Assembly: GCA_963732645.1 (NCBI GenBank)
Contig: CAVTAC010000008.1
Coordinates: 251,127-315,126, forward strand
DNA: 64,000 bases
Source: an uncultured Actinomycetes bacterium
Lineage (GTDB): Bacteria; Actinomycetota; Thermoleophilia; Gaiellales; F1-60-MAGs149
Direction: 5' to 3'
Of the stretch, positions 32,944-43,453 are shown piece by piece. Below the pieces are notes generated by a model. The model made no database searches. It was not told the DNA's origin and worked only from the letters and a program-made list of their open reading frames with translations. The stretch's first letter is position 1, and each line of letters begins with the position of its first letter. Position numbers and translations under genes: made by a program.

Positions 32944-33878
32944 ATGAGCGAGCGATACGTCGTCACGGGTGCCGGGGGCTGCATCGGCGCATGGGTTGTC
33001 CGCCGGCTGTTGGACGAGGGCGAGGACGTCGTCGCGCTCGACCTCGCCGGAGCGTCGCGCCACCGTCTGCGGCAGCTCGATGCCGACGGCGTCGCGAGCG
33101 GCGACTGCGACGTCACCGACCGCGCCGCGGTGGTCGCCGCGCTGGACGGGGCGACGCGCGTCATCCACCTCGCCGGGCTGCAGATCCCGTTCTGCCGCGC
33201 AACCCGTCGGTCGGCGCCGCCGTGAACGTGGTGGGCACCGTGAACGTGTTCGAGGCCGTGCAAGGAGTCGGGCACGATCAAGGGCCCGGTCGTCTTCGCG
33301 TCGAGCGTCGCGGCCTTCGCCGGCGACGACGACGGCACCGAGCCGCTCGGCCGCGCGGCGACCCACTACGGCGTCTACAAGCGCGCCAACGAGGGCACCG
33401 CGCAGGTGTACTTCCACGACAACGGCATCGCGTCGATCGGCTTCCGGCCGTATACCGTCTACGGCGTCGGCCGCGACCAGGGCGTCACCGCCTCGCCGAC
33501 CTGGGCGATGCTCGCGGCGGTGCGGGGCGAGCCGTACACGCTGAGCTACTCCGGCACCAGCCACCTGCAGCTCGCGGAGGACGTCGCCGAGGCCTTCATC
33601 GCCGCCAGCCGCGCGCCGTTCCAGGGCTCGCGGACGCTGAACCTCTCGGGTCCGTGCCCGAACGTGTCGGAGATCGTCGACGCGATCACCGCCGCGGTGC
33701 CCGGCGCGCAGATCTCGGTCGACGGCCCGGAGCTGCCTTCCCGTCGCGCCTCGACGCGTCGGCGTACGAGGGCGTCGTCGGCTCGCCCGAGCCGCAGACG
33801 CCGCTGGCCGAGGGCGTCGCGAACACGATCGACCACCTCCGGCGCCTGGACGAGGCGGGCCGCCTGGAGCTGCCATGA
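32944..33878 (+). CDS. NAD-dependent epimerase/dehydratase family protein. About 3 frame disruptions.
   Basis: MSERYVVTGAGGCIGAWVVRRLL (32944 ORF), YGVYKRANEGTA...FRPYTVYGVGRD (33406 frame; YxxxK) and the C-terminal end in the 32991..33878 frame. Confidence 0.7.
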
Positions 33879-34701
33879 GCTACGCGACGATCGAGCTGGA
33901 CCTCGACTACCCGCTCGCCACCATCACGCTCAACCGGCCCGAGCGCCTGAACGCGATCTCGCAGGAGATGATGGGCGAGATCACCGCCGCGCTGGCCGTC
34001 GCCGAGCAGGACGACGCCGTGCGCTGCGTCATCTTCCGCGGCGCCGGCCGCTGCTTCTCGGCCGGCTTCGAGATCGCCGACGAGGACGTCTGGGTCGAGG
34101 GCCGCGGGCCGGCCGAGATCGTCGACGACATGCGCTTCTACATGCACTGGGAGCGCTCGATCTTCGACTTCCCGAAGCCCACGATCGCCGCCGTGCACTC
34201 GTACTGCCTCGCGGGCGCGTGCGAGGTGATGATGCTCTGCGACCTCGCGATCGCCGCCGACGACGCGCGGCTGGGCGAGCCCGAGATCCGCTTCTCGAAC
34301 GGCCCGCCGTGCCTGATCATGCCGTGGCTGATCGGCATGCGCGCGGCGAAGGAGCTGCTCTACACCGGCAAGATGATCGACGCCGATCGCGCGCTGCAGC
34401 TCGGCATGGTGAACGAGGTCTGCGCGCCGGCCGACCTGGAGCGCCGCGCCCGGTACCACGGGCTGCTCATCTCGAAGGTGGCGCCGCTCGCCGTGCAGCT
34501 GCAGAAGCGCGCGCTGAACGGCGTGTTCGAGGCGCAGGGCCTGCGCCACGCGCTCGACTGGGGCGTCACGCTGACCGGGCTCATCGACGCGTCGGAGACC
34601 GAGGAGATGCGCACGTTCGGCGCGATCCGCAAGGAGCGGGGCTGCGCGCCGCGCTCGACTGGCGCGACGAGCAGTTCCGCGAGGTCGAGGAGCAGGCCTA
34701 G
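33875..34701 (+). CDS. Enoyl-CoA hydratase/isomerase (crotonase) family. One frame disruption near 34640.
   Basis: ORF 33875..34765 gives ITLNRPERLNAIS...VIFRGAGRCFSAGFEI...IAAVHSYCLAGACEVMMLCDL. The tail ...LRAALDWRDEQFREVEEQA is in the 33406..34701 frame. Confidence 0.8.
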
Positions 34702-34703
34702 AG

Positions 34704-36192
34704 CTAGACGCAGGCGGAGCCGGACGCCGCCGGGTCGGCGCCGGCGGCGGCCGTGCCGCCCTTGATCACGGCGGCCACGGCGGCGCGGATCTTGACGATG
34801 TCGGGAATCGAGTAGCCGCCGGGATCCCTCGCGCGCTCGAACTGCGGCGGCACGAAGCCGATCGAGGTGACCTGGTCGAGGTGGATGCCCGCGGCCAGCT
34901 CGGCGACCAGCGGCAGGTTCTTCGCGGGGATGTCGGTGCTCACGTTCTCCTTGAACGTCGACGCGAGGTCGCTGAACGAGCCCAGCACCTTGGCGGGCGT
35001 CGCCTTGCGGCCAGCGACGCGATCACGCAGCGCTGCCGCGCGATCCGCGAGTAGTCGGAGCTCTGCGAGCGGGCCCGCACGTAGGCGAAGGCCTGGTCGG
35101 GGTCGAGGTGCTGCTTGCCCGGCTTCAGGTCGATGCGCACCCATTCGCCGCCCTCCTCGTACGGCGACACGCGGTCGAGCACCGGCTCGGGGACGTTCAC
35201 GTCGACCCCGCCGAGCGCGTCGACGAGCCCGAAGAAGCCGCGGAAGTCGACCATCACGTAGTAGTCGATCGGCAGCCCGACCAGCTGGCCGATCGTCTGC
35301 TTCATGGCGGTCGGCCCGGGGTTCTTGCCGCCGACGAAGCGCTCCGGATGCTCGGCCGCCCACTCGTAGAGCCCGTTCAGCGGCTGCGCGAACACGTCGC
35401 GCCCACCCGGCAGCGGCACCTGCGCCAGGTTGCGCGGCACCGAGAACAGGGCTGCCCGCCGCGACTCGGTCGCGATCGTCGCGACGATCATCGTGTCGGT
35501 GCGCATGCCGCCGCGGCCCGGCCCGGCGTCGGCGCCGAGCAGCAGCACGTTCAGCCGCCCGCGCTGCTTCCACGGCGGCCCGGCCTCCTCCGGCAGCGCC
35601 TCGTTGGCGTTGCGGATCCGCACCTGGGTGCCGTTGCTCGACGCCAGCACCGGCAGCAGCGTCACGGGGCCGCCGTCACCGGCCGAGGCGATCTCGACCG
35701 GCTGGAGCACGTCGTCCGGCTCCTCGTCGGCGAACACCGTCTCGATCGTTTCGTAGCTCTGGTACGCGTAGTAGCCGATGGCCGCGTGCGGCGCGATCGC
35801 GAACAGCGTCAGGATGCCCAGCGTGGCGACGGCCGCCTGCGGGGCGCGACCGAGACGGAAGGCGTCGAAGATCGAGAAGACGCCGGAACGCCAGCAGGAA
35901 GAGGTTCAGTGCCAGCAGGCCGAGCAGGAAGCGGGTATCGACAGCGTGCGCAGCGATGCCGCCGGGCGAGTCCATCGAACGCACCCGCCGCAGCAGGTAG
36001 ACGAGGATCGCGGCGCTGACCGTCAGCATCGCGATGCCGCGGCGGCGCTCGACCCGCGTAGATCTGCCCCGCGCCCGGCACGAGGAACGAGAGGAAGGCG
36101 CACCGCGCCGCGAGCCGGCGGCGCGGTGGCGGTGGCGGACGCCGGCGACGCGGCGGCGCCTGCCCCCGCGGCGGCGCCCGCCTTCGGGCCAT
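34704..36192 (-). CDS. LytR-CpsA-Psr (LCP) family cell-envelope phosphotransferase. 3-4 frame disruptions.
   Basis: ORF 34940..35737(-) gives NVLLLGADAGPGRGGMRTDTMIVATI...FSVPRNL...IDYYVMVDFRGFFGLVDALGGVDV. The membrane N-terminus is in 35676..36029 and 35809..36192. The C-terminal end is in 34704..35573. Confidence 0.7.
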
Positions 36193-37094
36193 CAGCAGCG
36201 CTCCGTCTTGCCGCTGCCGGTGAGGTCGTAGCCGCCCAGCGCCTCGATGCGCTTGCGCACCGCCGCGCTGCGCAGCGCGCGCAGCAGCGGGTCGAGGCCG
36301 CCGAGCGCGTCGCCGCCGACGGCGATCGCCACCGGCTCCCAGGCGAGCGAGACGAAGCCGAGGCCGAACCGGTCGGCCACCGAGCGAGAAGCGACGCCGG
36401 CGTCGGCCGAGCCGCTGCCGACGGCGAGCGCGACGTCGAGGTTGCGCGGCACCTCGGGGTCGCTCGCGTCGAGCACGATGCCCGCCTCGCCGGTGACGCG
36501 GTCGAGCAGCGAACGGGCGCCCGTCCCGACCGGCCGGCGGGCGACCCGCAGCCCGCCGAGATCGGCCGCGCGGCGCACGCGCCGCGGGTTGCCGGGCGCG
36601 ACCAGCAGGCCGGACTCGCGGTTCCAGAGGTGCACGAGCCGTGCGTCGGGCACGGCGCCGCGCGCGTACGGCGCGTTGTAGGCGCCCGACGCGTGCCAGA
36701 GGTGCAGCGTGGCGCCATCCGCGGCACCCGCCTGCAGCGCCGCGAGCCCGGCGCCCGAGCCGTCGGCGGCGACCAGCTCGACGGTGGCGGGCGTCTCGCC
36801 CAGCAACAGCAGCAGCGCCGGGTCGTCGGAGCCCGCGAGCCGGAAGATGCCGCCGCCGCGCAGGAACCGCGCCGCGGCGAGCGCGCCGCCGGGTGCCACG
36901 CGGCCCACGCGGCGCTCCTCGGTCGTGATCACCCCCGCGTCGGCCAGCTCGCGGTAGGCGCGCAGGGCCGTTGCCTGGCTGGCGCCGCGGTCGCGCGCGA
37001 GGGCGCGCAGGGCCGGGAGCTCGTGCCCCTCGCCGATCTGACCCGCGGCGATCTCCTCGGCGATCGTGCGCGCGAGCTCCCCGTAGCTGGTCAT
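36192..37094 (-). CDS. HTH transcriptional regulator with a periplasmic-binding-protein-like (PF12727-type) sensor domain, intact
   Basis: ORF 36192..37322(-) from ATG 37094 gives LPALRALARDRGASQATALRAYRELADAGVI (wHTH), then RLVHLWNRESGLLVAPGNP...VARRPVGTGARSLLD...GLGFVSLAWEP. The stop is in TGATG with the LCP start. Confidence 0.7.
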   Translation of the reverse strand: MTSYGELARTIAEEIAAGQIGEGHELPALRALARDRGASQATALRAYRELADAGVITTEERRVGRVAPGGALAAARFLRGGGIFRLAGSDDPALLLLLGETPATVELVAADGSGAGLAALQAGAADGATLHLWHASGAYNAPYARGAVPDARLVHLWNRESGLLVAPGNPRRVRRAADLGGLRVARRPVGTGARSLLDRVTGEAGIVLDASDPEVPRNLDVALAVGSGSADAGVASRSVADRFGLGFVSLAWEPVAIAVGGDALGGLDPLLRALRSAAVRKRIEALGGYDLTGSGKTERC

Positions 37095-37139
37095 CGTCGT
37101 GCGGGACGATACTCCCCGGTGCGGATACCGTTCGCTTCC

Positions 37140-38244
37140 GTGGATGAACCGGTCGGAATCGAGCGCGCGGAGCGGTCGCACCACGCCGCGCCGCCGGTCG
37201 AGGCGCACGCGGGCGAGAGCCTGCGCCGGTTCGTCACCGTCGCGCTGGCCGTGTTCGCCGGCGTGCTGCTGCTGACCGGTGTCGCGAACGCCGTCGTCGA
37301 CCCGTTCGCGCTCGGTCGGCACCGGCCTCGTGCGGCCCGCGGTGTTCTCGGACCACGCCGAGCGGCTGCGCCTGATCGACGACCTGGAGAAGCCGCCGGG
37401 GCTCGTCGTGCTCGGCTCGTCGCGCGCGCTGAAGGCGGAGCCCGCCTACCTGCAGCAGCTGACCGGGCTGACCGGCTTCAACGCCGCGGCCGCCAACGGC
37501 AAGACCGAGGACGGCTTCGCCTACGCGAACCTGTTCCACGACCGCTGGCCCGACGCTCCCATCAAGTACCTGTGGCTCCTCGAGGTGGAGGCGTTCCGGC
37601 CGCTGCCGCCGAGCCCGCAGCTGCTCGCCGAGCCCGAGCTGGCGCGGCACTTCCCCGCGTCGCTGCGCGCCTCGACGCGGCTCGACGACTTCCAGCGCCT
37701 GTTCGAGTGGAACACCGCGAAGGCGTCGGCGAAGACCGTGTGGCGCGCGGCGCGCGGTGCACCGCAGGAGGGCGCGGTCGTCGAGCTGGCGCCCGACGGC
37801 TTCCGTGAGGTCGACCAGCACGACCGGTCCGAGGCCGCCGGCGTGTCGTTCGACGCGCGGCTGGCCGAGTCGGTGGCGACCGCCAAGGGGTTCGTCCCCG
37901 TCATGCAGCGGACGGGTCTCGCGCCGGAGGCGCGCGGCTACTTCGAGCAGGCCGTCGCCGACATGAACGAGGCTGGGACGGAGCCCGTGATCGTGCTCGG
38001 GCCGGTGCATCCGCGGTACCGCGAAGCCATGGGCGGCGCCGCGTACGACCGGCTCAACGACGAGCTCACGACCTACCTCGACGGCCTGCACGACCGCCTG
38101 AAGTTCACCGTCGTCGACCGGCGCGACCTGGACTCCTTCGGCGGCTCGCCCAGCGAGTTCTACGACGGCATCCACCTGCACGTCGCGAACATGCGAAAGA
38201 TGCTCGCGAGCGCGGTGCAGGAGGCCGGCCCTGCTCTTCACTAG
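37140..38244 (+). CDS. Membrane-anchored DltD/SGNH-like protein (putative acyl-transfer partner of the MBOAT). One frame disruption (~37310).
   Basis: The TM segment RRFVTVALAVFAGVLLLTGVANAVV is in the 35778 frame. ORF 37279..38244 carries PGLVVLGSSRALK (DltD-like GSS) and SEFYDGIHLH (DxxH). Confidence 0.5.
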
Positions 38245-39620
38245 CCGCGAGTTCCTGTTCGCCTTCCTGCCGCTGGTGCTGATCGGCTGGTGGGCGCTGC
38301 GCCCGCCGACGCTGCGGCTCGCGTTCCTGGCGGTCATGTCGTACGTGTTCTACGCGTACTGGGACTGGCGCTTCCTCGGCCTGATGTGGCTGTCGACCGG
38401 CATCGACTACGTCGCGGGGCGCATGATCGCGCGCACGTCGGACCGGCAGCCGCGCGAAGATCTATCTCGTCGTCGCGCTGACGGCGAACCTCGCGCTGCT
38501 GGCCTACTTCAAGTACGCGGGCTTCTTCCTCGACTCGCTGAACGGCATCGCGCTCCGCGCTGGGCGCCGACACCGACATCCCGGTCGTCAACGTCGTGCT
38601 CCCGATCGGCATCTCGTTCTACACCTTCAACTCGATGTCGTACACGATCGACGTGTACCGCGGCGTGTGCCGGCCGGCGAAGAACGTCGTGCACTACGCG
38701 GCGTTCGTGGCGATGTTCCCGCACCTCATCGCCGGCCCGATCGTGCGCTACGCCGACATCGAGTCGCAGCTCGCCCGGCTGGCGCCGCGGCTGACGGCGG
38801 GGCTCGCCGCGTCGGGCATCTTCTTCTTCACCTGCGGCCTCGCGAAGAAGCTGCTGTTCGCCGACGAGATCGCGCCGACGGTCGACGCGCTGTTCGCCCG
38901 GCACGACTCGCTCGGGCTGATCTCGGCCTGGGGCGCGGCGCTCGGCTACTCGCTGCAGCTGTACTTCGACTTCTCCGGCTACTCCGACATGGCCGTCGGG
39001 CTGGCGTTCCTGCTCGGCTTCCGCTTCCCCCAGAACTTCAACTCGCCGTTCAAGGCGGTGAACATCTCCGAGTTCTGGCGGCGCTGGCACATGTCGCTGT
39101 CGTTCTTCCTGCGCGACTACCTGTTCATCCCGCTGGGCGGCTCGCGCGGCAGCCGGGCCCAGACGCTGCGCAACCTGCTGATCGTGATGTTCCTGGGCGG
39201 GCTGTGGCACGGCGCGGCCTGGACGTTCGCGGTGTGGGGCCTGCTGCACGGGGTGTTCCTCGTGGTGCACGCCGTCGCGAGCGGCGCCGGCCTGACGCCG
39301 TCGTCGAGAGATCGTCAACCGGACGATCACGTTCGTCGCGGTGGTGGCCGCGTTCGTCGTCTTCCGCGCCGCCACGGTGTCCGACGCGATCGACGTGCTG
39401 TCGGGCATGGCGGGCCTGAACGGCATCGGCGTGGTGTCGTTCGGCGCGTGCCTACGCGCTCGCGATCGTGGCGCTGCTGGTGTTCGTCAACGTCGCGCCG
39501 AACACGTGGGAGATCACGGTCCGGCCGACGCCGCGCGTGGCCGCCGCGCTCGGGCTGGTGGCGGCGTTCGCGGTGCTCCAGATCGCCGAGCCGAGCCCGT
39601 TCCTGTACTTCCAGTTCTAG
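38231..39620 (+). CDS. MBOAT-family membrane O-acyltransferase (DltB/AlgI/PatA-like). About 4 frame disruptions.
   Basis: LLFTSREFLFAFLPLVLIGWW (38276 frame), PIGISFYTFNSMSYTIDVYRG...FPHLIAGPIVRY...FDFSGYSDMA...FWRRWHMSLSFFLRDYLFIPLGG (38596 frame) and the tail ...AEPSPFLYFQF with TAG at 39618-39620. The start codon is uncertain (CTG 38231). Confidence 0.75.
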
Positions 39621-39662
39621 GTCGAGCACCGCTACGGTTGCACGGTCAGCGAAGGAGGACGG

Positions 39663-40622
39663 ATGTCGGCGACCGACTCGACCATGTGGACCGGGCTCTT
39701 GCACGGCGGGCTCGCGGGCACGTTCCTGCGCGTGCCGTTCGTGCCGCCGCAGGCGGACGCGATCCGCGAGAGCGGTGCGAAGGCGGCCATCTACGGCCTG
39801 CCGTTCGACGGCACCAACATCTCGCGCACCGGCGCCAACATGGGCCCGCGGCAGATGCGCGACGTGTCGTGCATGACGACGACGTACCACGCGATGTTCG
39901 ACTTCGACCTGGTCGAGGAGTCGAACCTCGTCGACTGCGGCGACTGCTCGGTCGTGCTCGGCAGCGCGGCGAAGACGTTCGAGCGCGCGCAGGCCGACAT
40001 CTCGCAGATCGTCGCGGGCGGCGCGATGCCGGTCGTGCTCGGCGGCGAGCACTCGGTGACGATCCCCGCCGTGAACGCGATCCGCGAGCACGTCGCCGAT
40101 CCGGGCCTGGTGCTGATCGACACCCATCTGGACACGGCGCAGGACGTGGGCGGCGAGCTGCTCACCCACTGCGCGCCCATCTCCCGCGCCGTCGACGCCG
40201 GCTTCGACCCGCGCAAGATGGCGCTGATCGGCATCTCCGGCTGGCTCAACCCGCGGGCCGAGCTCGACTACTGCCGCGAGCGCGGCATCACGGTCATCTG
40301 GCTGGAGGAGATCTGGGAGCACGGCACCCGCTGGGCGGTCGAGAAGGCGCTCGAGGTGGCCGGCGTCGGCGATGGGATCTACCTGTCGTTCGACATCGAC
40401 TCGCTCGACGCCGCGCACGCCGTCGGCACCTGCTGCCCGACGCCGGGCGGGCTGACGAGCCGCGAGGCGATCGAGCTGACGCGCGGCGTGGCGGCGGCCG
40501 GGCTGATCGGCGTCGACGTGGTCGAGATCGCGCCGACGCTCGATCCGACGCCGGCGTCGGCGCTGATGGGCAACCGCATCGCGATGGAGGCGATCGCGTT
40601 CGCCAACGGCTGCGGCCGGTGA
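39663..40622 (+). CDS. Ureohydrolase family (agmatinase/guanidinobutyrase-like), intact
   Basis: ORF 39663..40622 gives YGLPFDGT, PVVLGGEHSVT, LIDTHLD, YLSFDIDSLD and VDVVEIAP (Mn-ligand blocks). GAAGGAGGA lies upstream. Confidence 0.85.
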   Translation: MSATDSTMWTGLLHGGLAGTFLRVPFVPPQADAIRESGAKAAIYGLPFDGTNISRTGANMGPRQMRDVSCMTTTYHAMFDFDLVEESNLVDCGDCSVVLGSAAKTFERAQADISQIVAGGAMPVVLGGEHSVTIPAVNAIREHVADPGLVLIDTHLDTAQDVGGELLTHCAPISRAVDAGFDPRKMALIGISGWLNPRAELDYCRERGITVIWLEEIWEHGTRWAVEKALEVAGVGDGIYLSFDIDSLDAAHAVGTCCPTPGGLTSREAIELTRGVAAAGLIGVDVVEIAPTLDPTPASALMGNRIAMEAIAFANGCGR

Positions 40623-41693
40623 GGCCGTCTCCGCCCGCCGCGCCCGGCGACCCGGTCGCCGCCGTCGACACGCCCGCGCTGCTGCTCGACCTCGACGCGT
40701 TCGAGGCCAACATCGCGCGGCTGCACGACGAGGTGCTGCCGACCGGCGTCGCGATCCGCCCGCACGGCAAGGCGCACAAGTGCCCGGAGATCGCGCGGCG
40801 GCAGATCGCCGCGGGCGCCGTCGGCGTGTGCGCGCAGTCGCTGGGCGAGGCGGAGATCTTCGTCCGGGCGGGCATCGACGACGTGCTGCTGTCCAACGAG
40901 ATCGCGGGTACCGACAAGGCCGCACGGCTGGCGGCGATCGCGGGCGAGGCGCGCGTCGCGGTGTGCGTCGACAACCTCCAGCAGGTCGCGGAGCTGGCGG
41001 CGGCGACGGCTGCCGCGGGCACGACGCTCGGGGTGCTGATCGAGGTCGCGATGGGCCGTCGCTGCGGCGTGGCCGGCGTGGCCGAGGCGCTGCGGCTGGC
41101 CGACGCCATCGGCGCCGCGCCGGGGCTCGAGCTGCGCGGGCTGCAGGCGTACGCGGGCTCGGCGCAGCACTACCGGGCGCCGCAGGAGCGGGCGGAGGCG
41201 ATCGAGCGGGCACGGGCGACGGTCGAGCCGGTGCGCGACGCGCTCGGCGTCCCCCACGTGACGGGGGCGGGCACGGGCACCTACCCGCTCGAGGTCGCGA
41301 GCCGGGGTGTGGACCGAGATCCAGCCGGGCTCGTACGTGCTCATGGACGCCGACTACGCGGTCAACCAGCAGCCGCCGCCGTTCCGCCAGGCGCTGTTCG
41401 TGCAGGCGCGCGTGATCTCGAGCCACTCCGACCGGGTCGTGCTCGACGCGGGGCACAAGGCCGTCGCGCTCGACTCGGGCAAGCCCACACCGCCGCCCGG
41501 GCTGTCGGTGCTCGGCCTCTCCGACGAGCATACGATCCTCGTCGTCGATGACGGCGTGCCGCCGGCGTACGGCTCGATCGTGCGGCTGATCCCCGGCCAC
41601 TGCGACCCGACCGTCAACCTGCACGACTGGATCGTGGCGGTGCGCGGCGACGTGGTGGAGGACGTGTGGGCGGTCGAGGCGCGGGGCGCATGA
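40619..41693 (+). CDS. DSD1-family PLP enzyme (D-serine dehydratase / D-threonine aldolase-like, alanine-racemase N-terminal fold). One frame disruption (~41295).
   Basis: The 39341 frame gives TPALLLDLDAFEANIARL...IRPHGKAHKCPEIARRQ...GVCAQSLGEAE. ORF 41307..41693 gives EIQPGSYVLMDADY...RLIPGHCDPTVNLHD. Confidence 0.75.
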
Positions 41694-42650
41694 TGCTCGC
41701 GGCGCCGACCATCGACGAGATCCGCGCCGCGCGCGAGCGCCTGGAGGGCGTCGTCGTGCGCACGCCGCTGATCCGGCTGAACGCGGACGGTCTCGACGCC
41801 GAGGTCTGGATCAAGCTCGAGAACCTGCAGCCGATCGGCTCGTTCAAGCTGCGCGGCGCTGCGAACGCGATGCGCCTGGCCGGGCCCGACGCGGTGCGCG
41901 ACGGGGTCTACACGGCGAGCGCCGGCAACATGGCGCAGGGCGTCGCGTGGGCTGCTCGCGAGATGGGCGTGCCGTGCACGGTCGTGGTGCCCGACCACGC
42001 GCCGGCGACCAAGCTGGCGGCGGTCGAGCGCCTCGGCGGGAAGGTCGTGAAGCTGCCGTTCGACCGCTGGTGGCAGGTGGTCGTGGAGCGCTCGTATCCC
42101 GGGCATCGACGGGCTGTTCGTGCATCCGGTGTCCGATCCGGCGGTGATGGCGGGCAACGGCACGATCGCGCTGGAGCTGCTCGAGGACCTGCCCGACGTC
42201 GACACGGTGCTCGTGCCGTTCGGCGGCGGCGGCCTGTCGAGCGGCATCGCCGCCGGGCTGGCCGCGCTGCGCCCGGAGGCGCGCGTGTTCGGCTGCGAGG
42301 TGGAGACCGCCGCGCCGCTGGCTCCGTCGCTCGCCGCCGGCTCGCCGCAGACCGTCGACTACACGCCGAGCTTCGTCGACGGCATCGGCAGCCGCAGCCT
42401 GCTGCCCGAGATGTGGCCGCTCGTCAGCACGCTGCTGGCCGGCTCGCGCGTCGTCTCCCTGGAGCAGGCCGCCGGCGCCGTCCGCCTGCTGGCCGAGCGC
42501 CACCGCGTGATCGCCGAGGGCGCCGCGGGCGCGTCGGTGGCCGCCGCGCTGGCGGGCGTGCCGGGCGCGCGCAAGATCGTCTGCATCGTCTCGGGCGGCA
42601 ACCTGGATGCCACGAAGCTGGGCGCGATCCTGGACGGCCGGGTGCCCTGA
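41690..42650 (+). CDS. PLP-dependent serine/threonine dehydratase family. One frame disruption (~42105).
   Basis: ORF 41666..42664 gives KLENLQPIGSFKLRGAAN...SAGNMAQGVA. ORF 42120..42650 gives HPVSDPAVMAGNGTIALE...LVPFGGGGL. Confidence 0.8.
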
Positions 42651-42656
42651 CGCGCC

Positions 42657-43124
42657 TCAGGTGAAGATGATCTGCCCGCCGGCCGCCTTCTCGTAGAACT
42701 GGCCGACGGTGATGATGTCGTCGACCTGGTCGATGAAGTCGTCGCGGGTGAGCTTGAACATGTCGACGGAGGCCTTGCAGGCGTACAGCCCGGCGCCGGA
42801 GTCGGCGATCATCTCGATGAACTCCGGGATCGGCGGGATGTCGAGCTCCTCCATCGACTTCGCCAGCTGGTGCGTGACCATGGCGCTCATGCCGGGAAGC
42901 CCGCCGAGCCACGTGGCGAGGTGCAGGCCGGGGTTGCCGACGCTGGCGGCCTTGATGTGCTCGTGCCGCTTGCGGTTGATCGCGTCCATGCCGAAGAACG
43001 TGAAGAACAGGTTCGCCTCGATGCCCTCCATGCGGGCGCCGTTGGCCATGATCAGCCCCGGGTACACGCCGTCGAGCGAGCCCTTGGAGATGATGATCGA
43101 GACCTTCTCGATGCTGTCGGACAT
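42657..43124 (-). CDS. DsrE/DsrF-like sulfur-relay family protein, intact
   Basis: The tail of ORF 42657..43748(-) from ATG 43124 reads KVSIIISKGSLDGVYPGLIMANGA...FFTFFGMD...LYACKASVDMF. AGGAGGC lies upstream. Confidence 0.7.
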   Translation of the reverse strand: MSDSIEKVSIIISKGSLDGVYPGLIMANGARMEGIEANLFFTFFGMDAINRKRHEHIKAASVGNPGLHLATWLGGLPGMSAMVTHQLAKSMEELDIPPIPEFIEMIADSGAGLYACKASVDMFKLTRDDFIDQVDDIITVGQFYEKAAGGQIIFT

Positions 43125-43135
43125 CAGCGTGCCTC

Positions 43136-43453
43136 CTAGATGCAGCCGTGCGGCTTGGGGATGCCGCCGATCTTGGCGGCGAGCTTCGCGGGGCCCTTGG
43201 GGAAGAGCTGGTACAGCTCCTTGATCGGGACGCCCGACGACTTGCCGAGGCTGCGGATGCTCGGCGCCTGGCCGGTGCGCAGGTACGTCTCGCGCATGAA
43301 CAGCACGACCTGCCAGTGCCGGTCGGTCAGCTCCTCGATGCCGTTCTCGGCGGCGATCGCGGCAGCGACCTGCTCGTTCCACGCGCCGGTGTCGGTGAGG
43401 AAGCCCTCGGCGTCGACGTCGACGGTCGTGCCGGCGAGGGTGACGGTGGTCAT
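43136..43453 (-). CDS. DsrC/TusE-family sulfur carrier, intact
   Basis: The tail of ORF 43136..44782(-) reads VDAEGFLTDTGAWNEQVAAAIAAENGI.ELTDRHWQVVLFMRETY and ends in the diagnostic C-terminus PKPHGCI. Confidence 0.8.
   Translation of the reverse strand: MTTVTLAGTTVDVDAEGFLTDTGAWNEQVAAAIAAENGIEELTDRHWQVVLFMRETYLRTGQAPSIRSLGKSSGVPIKELYQLFPKGPAKLAAKIGGIPKPHGCI

Noticed and set aside
39327-41624. Very long shadow ORFs on the opposite strand or in an alternative frame of real genes. Examples: 39327..41624(-) at 765 aa, 35778..37808(+) at 676 aa, 20967..22160(-), 7442..8969(-), 49765..51387(-) and 10214..11437(+).
   Set aside because: Their Arg/Pro/Ala/Gly-rich composition has no motifs. They overlap genes with clear homology. 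They are the expected stop-codon-poor artefacts of >70% GC DNA.
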